38,785 nucleotides of DNA, taken from positions 1 through 38,785 of IMG/VR virus record IMGVR_UViG_3300048574_000406. The stretch is one strand, 5' to 3'. The stretch comes from a virus (Duplodnaviria; Caudoviricetes). A program made the position numbers and the translations under genes. Under the pieces are notes generated by a model. The model had not been told where the DNA came from. It worked only from the letters and a program-made list of their open reading frames with translations, and made no database searches. The stretch's first letter is position 1. Each line of letters begins with the position of its first letter. Positions 27,371 through 35,654 of the stretch are shown here, in pieces.

Positions 27371-27891
27371 CACACCCCTCCCGCGCGCCGAAGCGAGACC
27401 ACGCGCCCGCGGATCGCCGCGCGCGCGAGCTCGCGGATCACGAGCAGCCCCGCAATCGCCGTCGAGGCCTTCGCTTCGACCTCCGCGCCTTCCTGCGCGT
27501 CGATCACCCCGTCCGCGCTCGCGCGCGCCCACGAGACGCACGCGGCCGCGCTGCTCTCGAGCGCCGTCGCCCCGGCCTCGAGGTCGCCGCGGCGAGGGCC
27601 CGACTCCGGGAGCTCCACGAGCGCCACGCCCCCGAGCTCGTCGGCGAGCTCGCGGAGCAGCTCGAGCGCGACCTCGCGCGGCATGAGCTGCAGGTCCGCG
27701 AGCGTCGGGACCTCGCCCGCGTCCGGGTCGCTCCAGCGGTGCGCCTTCGACCGAGCGACCGAGCACGCGGCCGCGACCGCCGTCTGCGTCGAGCCCGTCA
27801 GCGCGAGCGCTCGAGCGAACCACCGCGCCGCGCGCGTCTTCGCCTCCGTGCGCGCGAGCGTGCGCGCACGTTCAGTGCCCGAGGGGCTCAC
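27370..27891 (-). CDS. CII-like regulator
   Basis: N-terminal HTH, C-terminal ADGVIDAQE; directly after cro. Confidence 0.7.
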   Translation of the reverse strand: MSPSGTERARTLARTEAKTRAARWFARALALTGSTQTAVAAACSVARSKAHRWSDPDAGEVPTLADLQLMPREVALELLRELADELGGVALVELPESGPRRGDLEAGATALESSAAACVSWARASADGVIDAQEGAEVEAKASTAIAGLLVIRELARAAIRGRVVSLRRAGGV

Positions 27892-28142
27892 GATCGCACC
27901 TCGCCGGCACCCTCGACCGTCGGCACGCTGGGGAGGTGATCACCGCGGACCAACCAGTCGATCGAGACCTCGAGCGCGGTCGACACCCGCTCGAGCGCGT
28001 CGATGCCGGGCCGCATCCGATCGCCTTCCCATCGCCAGAGCGTCACGACGGGTACGTCGAGAAGCTGCGCGAGCTTCGCTTGGGTGAGGCCCTTCGTCTC
28101 GCGAGCGGCGCGCATTCGGCCGCCCAAGGTCAGCGCTTCCAT
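27888..28142 (-). CDS. Cro-like XRE HTH regulator
   Basis: MRAARETKGLTQAKLAQLLDV...WRWE; divergent from repressor, leads the lytic arm. Confidence 0.85.
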   Translation of the reverse strand: MEALTLGGRMRAARETKGLTQAKLAQLLDVPVVTLWRWEGDRMRPGIDALERVSTALEVSIDWLVRGDHLPSVPTVEGAGEVRS

Positions 28143-28240
28143 GGCCTGCACGGAAGCATATACACCGACGCAACGCAAGAGGATGCATGTACTCCGTCGA
28201 CTATTGCGTAGATGCAGGGTCGGCGGGAGCTTGCCGGGTG
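28143..28240. promoter_or_regulatory. cro/cI divergent control region
   Basis: AT-richer intergenic gap; TACACCGACGCA (28161..28172) recurs inverted at 30228..30239; imperfect dyad TGCGT-AG-ATGCA. Confidence 0.65.
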
Positions 28241-28639
28241 GTGACGGAATCCCTCGGCGATCGACTTGTTCAGGCGCGCACGGAGAAGGCGATCCGAGCA
28301 GCGGATCTCGCGCGAAAGCTCGGCGTTTCGCCCGTGACCGTATACCGATGGGAGAAGAAGGGCGTTGTCCCCGAGAGTGAGACCCTGGTGCGGATCGCCG
28401 ACCTCCTGGAGGTGGACGCTCGGTGGTTGCTCTACGGAGAGTCCCGGCTCGAGCGAGACGACGACCCGTTCATCCGGCGACCGAACCTCGCGCGTTTCGT
28501 CGCAAGGTTCTCCGAGAAGTACTCACCCGCCACGCTCAAGGCCCTTGAGGTCCTCGCGTTCGATGGAGGGAGGGAGCCGAGCCTCGGGGACTACCTCGAC
28601 GCGGCCGAGGAGTACGAGCAGCGCGTCGTCGCGAAGTGA
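28241..28639 (+). CDS. CI/ImmR-like XRE repressor without S24 peptidase domain (start uncertain)
   Basis: LGDRLVQAR..AADLARKLGVSPVTVYRWE...WLLYG. Confidence 0.85.
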   Translation: MTESLGDRLVQARTEKAIRAADLARKLGVSPVTVYRWEKKGVVPESETLVRIADLLEVDARWLLYGESRLERDDDPFIRRPNLARFVARFSEKYSPATLKALEVLAFDGGREPSLGDYLDAAEEYEQRVVAK

Positions 28640-28642
28640 CGA

Positions 28643-28843
28643 CTACGCGCGCGCGACGGTGACGCGCGCCCCGAGCCGTCTGCTGCCCGGCACGCACCAC
28701 CACGCCTGAGCGAGCTCGCGGAAGTACACCAGGCGCCAGCGGCCGGCGTCGAGGATGACCACGGGCACGTCGGGGCGCGCGACGAGTGAGCGGGTGAGCA
28801 TTCGACGCCTTCGACCGCGCGCGCGGGCGGTTGCGCGACTCAT
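28643..28843 (-). CDS. Small hypothetical protein
   Basis: 66 aa; ATGA-coupled to the ImmA-like gene. Confidence 0.45.
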   Translation of the reverse strand: MSRATARARGRRRRMLTRSLVARPDVPVVILDAGRWRLVYFRELAQAWWCVPGSRRLGARVTVARA

Positions 28844-29439
28844 GCGGTCGCTTCGTGGACGCCGCTCGCTTCTTCGAAGGCCTCGGGCGTCACGAACACG
28901 AGCTCGGTGTCGTCGGCGCCGAGCTGACGCGGGAGGCCGGCGAAGTCGCCGAAGCGCGCCTCATTGCGAAGCCACGGCGACCGGCCCGCCCACACGATCC
29001 GCCCGCCCTTCCAGAGCGCTCCGACCGAGCTGACGACCGTCACGAGACGTCGGAGCGTTGCCTCCCACGAGAGTTCGTGACGCGCCCGGATCGGGGCGAC
29101 CTGCCAGTCGTAGCGGCCGAGGTCCCGCTTCGCGGCGCGGTCAGGGATCACGAGCGCGTTCGCGATCCCGTTCGCCGTGGCCTCGCAGAGCGGGTCGAGG
29201 CCCGCGCGGGCGGCGAAGAGGTGCCCGAGCTCGTGCGCGAGCGTCCACTTCTCGCGGCGAGGCTCCCCGGCCCGTCGCAGGAAGACCGCGTTACCGAGCG
29301 CGCGCGTGTGTCCTCGGTGGGCGTCGAGCACCGCGATCCCGTTGCAGCGTGCGACCTCGCGGAGGTCGACGACGTCGTCCTGCGCCGCGCGCTCGAGCGC
29401 CTGTCTCGCGATCCCTTCGTACTCCTGCCACCCGACCAC
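28840..29439 (-). CDS. ImmA/IrrE-family metallopeptidase
   Basis: REKWTLAHELGH (HExxH), E..ANGIANALVIP; SD GGAGG. Confidence 0.88.
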   Translation of the reverse strand: MVGWQEYEGIARQALERAAQDDVVDLREVARCNGIAVLDAHRGHTRALGNAVFLRRAGEPRREKWTLAHELGHLFAARAGLDPLCEATANGIANALVIPDRAAKRDLGRYDWQVAPIRARHELSWEATLRRLVTVVSSVGALWKGGRIVWAGRSPWLRNEARFGDFAGLPRQLGADDTELVFVTPEAFEEASGVHEATA

Positions 29440-29495
29440 CCCGACCTCCGCGCGCCCACGCGATCGAGGGGATCAGATCCACGCGGGTGTGACCT

Positions 29496-30098
29496 TCAGC
29501 GTCGACGGCCGAACCGCTGCTCAAACCTTTCCCGCTCGCGCGCGAGGTGTCGGCCCTCGGCCTCGAGCGCGGCGGCCGAGTTGCGTTCGACGACGTCCCA
29601 CGAGCCGCCGTCGCTGAGACAGGCAGCCATCAGCTCATCGCCTTCGAAAACGAGATCGAACGAGTAGTAGTGGTTCTTGGTGGACGAACTGACTCTGCGA
29701 CCTCGCGTGTGATCGTCGTCATCTGTGTACAGCTCGTTTCGGGAGCACGTGGCCAGCGCAGCGCGGCGAGTCACCGTCGCGCAGTCCTGATCGGCGCGGT
29801 GGTGTTCCAACATCTCGGCGGGCAACTGGGCTTGCTCCGAACGATCGCGGAGCTCGCGCTCCCGCTCCTCAGAGATCCCCTCCGCACGCTCCACAACAAA
29901 GGTCACGTCGGTGCACGACACGAGCTCTCCATCCGAGAAGCGCGGGTACGCGTCGACGCGCTCAAGACGTGTGGGACGGCTCGGGGGCGGCGGTTGCACA
30001 GGTGCGACGGGAAGAGGTGCCGCGCTAGTCGCCGCCGGTGCCGGCTCATCACCGCAACCGACCAGAACCAGCAACCCGAAAACGAACGCGCGCATCAT
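29496..30098 (-). CDS. Lipoprotein, candidate superinfection exclusion
   Basis: Signal peptide MMRAFVFGLLVLVG-C, Pro-rich linker, four further Cys. Confidence 0.75.
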   Translation of the reverse strand: MMRAFVFGLLVLVGCGDEPAPAATSAAPLPVAPVQPPPPSRPTRLERVDAYPRFSDGELVSCTDVTFVVERAEGISEERERELRDRSEQAQLPAEMLEHHRADQDCATVTRRAALATCSRNELYTDDDDHTRGRRVSSSTKNHYYSFDLVFEGDELMAACLSDGGSWDVVERNSAAALEAEGRHLARERERFEQRFGRRR

Positions 30099-30161
30099 GC
30101 GATCGGACTTGCGATGCACCCTCGGCGCAACCCTGAACGTTCGTCGTCCCCCGTTCGGGTG

Positions 30162-30190
30162 ACGGTAGGTGTAGCCAAACGTCGCACCAA
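30162..30190 (-). promoter_or_regulatory. Putative sigma-70 promoter for lipoprotein-immA operon
   Basis: TTGGTG-N17-TACCGT on minus strand. Confidence 0.45.
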
Positions 30191-30215
30191 AGTTGCGTGC
30201 GCGCGTGCATATTCG

Positions 30216-30249
30216 TTGACGCATACATGCGTCGGTGTAGTGTCTGGGC
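30216..30249 (+). promoter_or_regulatory. Rightward early promoter with overlapping palindromic operator
   Basis: TTGACG-N16-TAGTGT, 6 nt before ATG 30250; dyad GACGCAT-AC-ATGCGTC at 30218..30233. Confidence 0.7.
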
Positions 30250-30558
30250 ATGGCCGACGCCCCGCCCCGTCCCTCCGCCGCCTCGCTCGACGAGGTGTCC
30301 CTCGAAGACTTTCAAGCCGAGCTCGCCGCTCGCGACCTGCTCGCGAGCTGGGTGATCGAGAGCGAGGGCGTCTGGAGCGTCGTCGCGACGCGTGACGGGC
30401 TGCTCGTCGCGCACGCGGCCTCGAAGTCACTGCGCGGCGCGCTCGTGAAGCTCTTGCTCCGCGCCGACGCGCACGACGCGACGATCCCGCGCCCGCCCCG
30501 CGTGCCGGCCGAGGCGCGCGACTTCGTCCCCACCGAAGCGGCGCGAGGTGCGGCGTGA
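30250..30558 (+). CDS. Hypothetical protein
   Basis: First ORF of the coupled rightward operon. Confidence 0.7.
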   Translation: MADAPPRPSAASLDEVSLEDFQAELAARDLLASWVIESEGVWSVVATRDGLLVAHAASKSLRGALVKLLLRADAHDATIPRPPRVPAEARDFVPTEAARGAA

Positions 30559-30743
30559 GGGACTGGCTCGCCGCTCTCGTGATCCTCACCGGCTTCGTCG
30601 CCGGCGCGGCCGCGACGACCTTCGTCGTCCTCGGCGGCCCTTGGTGGATCGGCGCCCTGGTGGTCGGCGGACCCGCGCTCGCGATCCGCCTCGTCCTCAC
30701 CGTCGCGCTCCTGCGCGGCCCCAGCCGAAAGGACCGCTCGTGA
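30555..30743 (+). CDS. Small membrane protein
   Basis: 62 aa, two hydrophobic segments, GTGA overlaps at both ends. Confidence 0.7.
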   Translation: MRDWLAALVILTGFVAGAAATTFVVLGGPWWIGALVVGGPALAIRLVLTVALLRGPSRKDRS

Positions 30744-31159
30744 GCGCGACACCCTACGTCCCGCCGTTCCGCCCGCTTCGAAACCACGACGAGTCGATGC
30801 GCATGGTCGGGGTCGTCGCCCACGCGCTGCTCCGCGTGATGTCGTCTTCCGACGCCGCCGAGGAGGCCGCACGCAACGTCGTGCAGGCCCTCGTCGACGG
30901 CGAGACCGTCCGCGTCTTCGACCACGTGCTCGACGTGCTGCGCAGCCCGACGCGCGCGGCCGCGCTCACGACCACGCTCGATCGAGCGCTCCGCATCGCC
31001 GCAGTCGAGGCGACGGTCGACTACGCCGACGCGGTCTCGACGTGGGGGTCGCAGCTCGAGCGGTGGGCGTTCCTCACCCGAGTCGTCGGTGTTCCCGAGG
31101 ACGTGCTCCGCGTCCTCGAGCTCGAGCGCCGTGCGGCGCGTGGCGAGGTCGCGGCGTGA
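30740..31159 (+). CDS. Hypothetical protein
   Basis: GTGA-coupled; SD AAGGA. Confidence 0.7.
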   Translation: MSATPYVPPFRPLRNHDESMRMVGVVAHALLRVMSSSDAAEEAARNVVQALVDGETVRVFDHVLDVLRSPTRAAALTTTLDRALRIAAVEATVDYADAVSTWGSQLERWAFLTRVVGVPEDVLRVLELERRAARGEVAA

Positions 31160-31593
31160 CGCCCGAGGACCGGAAGCGCGCGGATCGCGCGTGGGAGGAG
31201 ATGCGGCGCTCGCACATGAGGCAGGCACGGCTTCGCGTGCGAGAGGCGGAGCTCGAGCTTGCTTCGATCAGAGCTCAGATCGACCACGCCCGCGCCGAGG
31301 TCGCCGTCGCGGAGGAGTACGACCGAGGTCGGCGGGCGGCCTGCGTAGCGATGTCTTTGACCGTCGACGACCCGTCCGAGCGGGCGGAGTACGCGCGGGA
31401 GGCCGTCGAGAAGCGCGAGCGACGCTACTGCATGCTCCCGCATCTCGAAAAGCAGCTTGCCCCGGTAGAAGCGAGACTCGCTGAGTACCGAGGGAAGCTC
31501 GCAAAGATGCTCGCCGAGCAGCGCGCTGACCGTGCGTTTCGCAGGGCGATGCGAGCGGCGTACGGAGCCCGGGCCGAAGGGCGCACCGCGTGA
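31156..31593 (+). CDS. Coiled-coil hypothetical protein
   Basis: GTGA-coupled. Confidence 0.7.
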   Translation: MTPEDRKRADRAWEEMRRSHMRQARLRVREAELELASIRAQIDHARAEVAVAEEYDRGRRAACVAMSLTVDDPSERAEYAREAVEKRERRYCMLPHLEKQLAPVEARLAEYRGKLAKMLAEQRADRAFRRAMRAAYGARAEGRTA

Positions 31594-31835
31594 CCGCGAC
31601 CGTCCACCTCCGCGCCGAGTTCCGCGACGGTGAGCTCGTGCTCGCGTCACCCGCGCCTGCGGTGACGGGGCGCGTGTTCCTCTCGTTCGTCTACGAGCGC
31701 GAGGACCGACACGAGGCCTTCGCCGCGGCCCGACAGCTCGGCGAGCAGCTCGGCGCGAACGTCCGGCTCTGCCCCGCGTGCACCGCGTGGCTCGGCCGGC
31801 GGCGCTGGGACCCCGACTCCGACGACCCCGAGTGA
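31590..31835 (+). CDS. Hypothetical protein with CxxC
   Basis: 81 aa, GTGA-coupled. Confidence 0.65.
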   Translation: MTATVHLRAEFRDGELVLASPAPAVTGRVFLSFVYEREDRHEAFAAARQLGEQLGANVRLCPACTAWLGRRRWDPDSDDPE

Positions 31836-31926
31836 GCTCTCGAAGCGGCGGCGCGCCCGCGCCCGTTCATCCCCCCGCGCGCGCGGTCCCCCATCCCTCC
31901 CGCGCGCCGTCGCTTCGAGCACTCAC
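31832..31926 (+). ncRNA. Candidate structured RNA in intergenic gap
   Basis: 18-bp stem 31839..31856/31902..31919 with one G-U pair, outer GTGAG/CTCAC, C-rich interior. Confidence 0.45.
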
Positions 31927-31955
31927 CACCGCCACCCGAACACAAACGAGGAACC

Positions 31956-32321
31956 GTGCCCCACTGGAAACCGATCAAACCGAAAGCTCGCGGCCCGCTG
32001 CAGGACAAGATCGCGCGCGCCCTGACGCCGCTTCTCTCCGGCCCCGACGCCGCGATCCACGCGCGCGACATCGTCGAAGCGCTGGTCACCGGCGCCGGCG
32101 AGGTGCGCAACGTCTACGCGCTCGCGCGCCACGAGCTCCCGGCCGAGGTGCCCGACGTCGTCGTCGGCATCGTCACCGCGATCTGCGTGCGCGAGGCCGT
32201 CGACGCCTCCGTCGAGCAGCGCGACGACGAAGAGCTGCTCGGTGACGCGGGCGTCCCGAGCGAGCTCGTCTCCGAGGTCCTCGCCGAGCTCGCCGAGCTC
32301 GGGAAGGGACGGGCGGCGTGA
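31956..32321 (+). CDS. Hypothetical protein
   Basis: 121 aa, SD GAGGA. Confidence 0.7.
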   Translation: MPHWKPIKPKARGPLQDKIARALTPLLSGPDAAIHARDIVEALVTGAGEVRNVYALARHELPAEVPDVVVGIVTAICVREAVDASVEQRDDEELLGDAGVPSELVSEVLAELAELGKGRAA

Positions 32322-33130
32322 CTCTGACTCTTACCAACGAGCAGGTGGTTTCGATTCTGAAGCAGGCCGAAGGCCTGAGGCGTGCGCTCGACCGGCTGCC
32401 TCATTGGACCGACGAGGCCGTCCCCGACATCTACGACGTCCGCGCCGCGGAGAGGCAGCTCGGCGAGGCGCTGGAGCCGCTGAAAGCCATCGAGCAGACG
32501 CTTCGCGCAACGAAGCTGCGCGAGGTGGCGTGGGTCGAGACGATCAACGGGTCGGCGAGGCTGGGAGAGCGCTCGCAGCCGGTGCTTCGCTGCGCGGACG
32601 ACTGGCTCGACGCCTTCGAGGCGTTCGTCGGAAAGTCGGTCGACGGTGCGATCGCAGGCGGCGATCGTTGGCCCGGGAGCTTCGTCGCGTTGTGCGGTTC
32701 GTACGCGGTCTGCCCGAGGGGCACGCCCGCGCCCGAGCGACTCCAGCGGTACGGCTACCACCACGACGTCGACCGCATCTTCGACATCCTCGAAGGCGAC
32801 GAGAAGCCCGAGCGCGCCCACAGAGGTCGAACTCCGTGGTCGACGTTCTGCGACGCGGTCGAAGGCGAGTCCATCATTCGACTCGCGATCTCGTCGGAAC
32901 ACGGCGCCCCAGGCGTCACCGTCGACGCAGCGCGCGTTCGTCAGGCGCTCTTCGGCATCGTGACCGGCGACCCGATCGAACGCATTGACGTGTCGTTCGA
33001 CCCGCCCTTCGGCGACGGCTTCCTGCCCCGCGGGGTGCGGTTCGAGACGCGGCGTGGGTGCGCGTGGGTGATGAACTACCGCGCCGCCGACGAGCCGCGG
33101 CGCGTGGTGCTGGAGGTCGACCCGTCATGA
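32318..33130 (+). CDS. Hypothetical protein
   Basis: 270 aa, coupled at both ends. Confidence 0.72.
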   Translation: MTLTLTNEQVVSILKQAEGLRRALDRLPHWTDEAVPDIYDVRAAERQLGEALEPLKAIEQTLRATKLREVAWVETINGSARLGERSQPVLRCADDWLDAFEAFVGKSVDGAIAGGDRWPGSFVALCGSYAVCPRGTPAPERLQRYGYHHDVDRIFDILEGDEKPERAHRGRTPWSTFCDAVEGESIIRLAISSEHGAPGVTVDAARVRQALFGIVTGDPIERIDVSFDPPFGDGFLPRGVRFETRRGCAWVMNYRAADEPRRVVLEVDPS

Positions 33131-33834
33131 TGGCGCTCACGCTCCCGCAGCCCGTCCCGGAGTGCGTGCTCCGTCACGGGCAACGCGTGCTCCGACTCGC
33201 GCAGCGCCCGGACCACCCGCAGCACTACTCGACGCGCCTCCGAGTCGGCCAGCGGATCGCGCTCTACGCGAGCGGCGAGATCGTTCCCTACCGCGTCCCC
33301 GAGCATCGCGACCCGATCCCGACGTACGTCGCGCTCGACATCCCTCTCGGTCTGCCGCGCCACGCGGTCGTCGCGACGGCCACGATCGCGGGCTACTTCA
33401 CCGCGGAGGCCGAGCGGCGCGGCGCACCGTGGAAGCGCCTCGACTCCGGCCCCGGCGGTCGCGCCATCGTCGGGAACACCACCACCGGGATCTCGATGTT
33501 CTCGCACGGCGAGGTCATGCGCTCGTCGCCCATAGCGAAGAGCTGGCTCGACGCCTGCGACGAAGCTCTGAGCTCGAAGTGGTGGGGTCTCTCCGCGGCC
33601 GACGCGCCGATCGAGACCGAGGACCTCGCGCGGCGTGACGCGTACGTCGCCGGGCGCGTACGCGCGTTCGGGTGGTTCCTCGAGGACGTGGTCGAGATCG
33701 ATCCGCCCGTCGCGGCGACCCGGCCGGCGAAGCACCCGATCTCCGCGATCGGAGTGTGGGAACTCGGCCGCGTCGCCGCGCTCGAGGTCGCGCTGCGCGA
33801 GGAGCAAGCGCGGGAGGCACGCGATGCCGGGTGA
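33127..33834 (+). CDS. Divergent ASCH-like protein
   Basis: ALTLPQP...GQRIALYAS...LPRHAVVA...WFLEDVVEIDPPV...GVW. Confidence 0.65.
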   Translation: MMALTLPQPVPECVLRHGQRVLRLAQRPDHPQHYSTRLRVGQRIALYASGEIVPYRVPEHRDPIPTYVALDIPLGLPRHAVVATATIAGYFTAEAERRGAPWKRLDSGPGGRAIVGNTTTGISMFSHGEVMRSSPIAKSWLDACDEALSSKWWGLSAADAPIETEDLARRDAYVAGRVRAFGWFLEDVVEIDPPVAATRPAKHPISAIGVWELGRVAALEVALREEQAREARDAG

Positions 33835-34063
33835 CTCGCTCGACGCGCTCGACGAGCTGGAGGCCTGGGAGGTCGTGGTCGACGCGCTCTTCGACGAGAT
33901 CATGCAGCACGTCGAAGAGCGTCACGTGCCGATGGCCGAGAAGCTCAGAGACCGGATGCACGCGCGAGGGGACTACACGCGCGCAGACCTCGGGCGCGCG
34001 CGGTTCAAGCAGCTCGCGCGACGACTCGACGCGCGCGGCTTCGCGATCGCGAGGGCTCGATGA
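33824..34063 (+). CDS. Hypothetical protein
   Basis: 79 aa, SD GGAGG. Confidence 0.65.
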   Translation: MPGDSLDALDELEAWEVVVDALFDEIMQHVEERHVPMAEKLRDRMHARGDYTRADLGRARFKQLARRLDARGFAIARAR

Positions 34064-34332
34064 CGTCGCCGCGCGTCTCGCGCTGCCGCTCGTGCGGCGA
34101 GCGCATCTACTGGGCGCGGACGGCCTCCGGGAAGCCCATGCCGGTCGACGTCGTGCGCGCGGGCAACCAGACACCCCGCACCGTCGGCAACGTCGACCTC
34201 CGTCGGCGCACCGACGATCCCTCCGAGCTCACTGCGACCGTCGTCGCTGATGCCTCGAGGTCGCCGCAGCTCTGGACGAGCCACTTCGCGACGTGCCCGC
34301 ACGCCGCGCAGCACCGGAGGGCGAGCTCGTGA
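34060..34332 (+). CDS. Phage Zn-finger protein
   Basis: CRSCG.RIYWART..GKPMPVD...HFATCP. Confidence 0.78.
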   Translation: MTSPRVSRCRSCGERIYWARTASGKPMPVDVVRAGNQTPRTVGNVDLRRRTDDPSELTATVVADASRSPQLWTSHFATCPHAAQHRRASS

Positions 34333-35654
34333 CGTCGCTCCGCGTGTTCACGTGCGGGCCCTACGGCGCGACGTTGCGACCCGAGGCGTGCGCGCAGCGC
34401 TTCCACCGTCAGGTCGGAAGGCGCAGCGCGACCGCGGGCCCGCGCGCCGATCGCATCCACTGCCACGAGTGTCCCGTCGGCGCGGCTCACGCGCGCGGCG
34501 AAGACGCCCCGGGCGTCGAGTACTCGCTCGTCGACGTCTCCGCCCCCCGACCCGTGCACCGACCCCCCAGCCCCGAGAGCTTCCCCACCATGCCCGCCAC
34601 GACCACCGAGACCCGTCCGACGCGCCCGTGCAACCACCCCAACTGCGGCGTCCCGTTCGTCCCGACCCACCACCGCTCGCTCTACTGCGTCGATCACCGC
34701 ACGCCCGCGGCCGCGCTCGAGCGGAAGACGCTCCGCGACGAGCTCGACGCCGCGCTCGAGCGCGCGGCGGAGGCGACGCGCGCGAAGACCGAGCCGCCGA
34801 CACCGCACGCGCCGACCGAGCACGCGGCGCCGACCGAGCCCGCGGCGGAGACCCCGTGGTCGCCGCACGAGCGAGCGGTGGCGGGCTGGGTCTCGAGCAA
34901 CGAACTCGATGAGCTGGAGATCGCTGCAGCGCAGGCCGACGGAGACGCCTGGGACGTCGACGAGGGGTGCTTCGGTTGGGTGCGTTGGGAGTGGTTGCTC
35001 GAGCACCGCACGAAGGCGCTCGTTCGTCTGCGAAACATCGTCGAGCGCACGAAGCGCGTCGTCGGCGAGGCGTGGACGAAGGATCGGCCGCTCGCCGAAG
35101 CCGTCACCGCGAAGTGCGCGTTTCTCGAAGCCGACGCGCAGCGCGAGCACGACGGCCGGCTCGAAGCCGAGAAGGCGCTGAGCGACGCGCGGACGACGCT
35201 CCTCGAGCGTGGCGAGCGCATCGAGGTTCTGCAGCGCGAGCTCTCGGCCGCTGAAACGCGCGCGGGCTATGGCGACCGCGTCGCCGATCGTTTGAACCAC
35301 GCGATGCTCGCGATCATCGAGGTCGAGGCCGCGTGTCGCGACGACATCGACGAGGACGAGCTCGACGCCGAATGGGCCGCGCTCGACGCGGAGGGCGTCT
35401 CTCAACGCGCACGCGAGCTCGTGGAGTACGTCCGCTCGCTGCGAGCCGAGAGCCAAGTAGCTCAGGTCCCGCTCGACCGCGCAACGACGGTCTGCGGCGG
35501 GGGCGAGCTCGACCGCGCACGCGAGGTATTCGTCGAGGCGATCACTCCACCGGGCGTCAGCGCGGCCGCGGTGCTCCGCGCGGTCGGCTACCAGATCGTC
35601 ACCGTCGACAGCCCGCGCGGCCCGGTGATCGTCGTAGAGGGCGCGCGTGGGTGA
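34329..35654 (+). CDS. Cys/His-rich N-terminus plus coiled-coil protein
   Basis: CHEC and CNHPNC..YCVDH motifs; GTGA-coupled. Confidence 0.7.
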   Translation: MTSLRVFTCGPYGATLRPEACAQRFHRQVGRRSATAGPRADRIHCHECPVGAAHARGEDAPGVEYSLVDVSAPRPVHRPPSPESFPTMPATTTETRPTRPCNHPNCGVPFVPTHHRSLYCVDHRTPAAALERKTLRDELDAALERAAEATRAKTEPPTPHAPTEHAAPTEPAAETPWSPHERAVAGWVSSNELDELEIAAAQADGDAWDVDEGCFGWVRWEWLLEHRTKALVRLRNIVERTKRVVGEAWTKDRPLAEAVTAKCAFLEADAQREHDGRLEAEKALSDARTTLLERGERIEVLQRELSAAETRAGYGDRVADRLNHAMLAIIEVEAACRDDIDEDELDAEWAALDAEGVSQRARELVEYVRSLRAESQVAQVPLDRATTVCGGGELDRAREVFVEAITPPGVSAAAVLRAVGYQIVTVDSPRGPVIVVEGARG

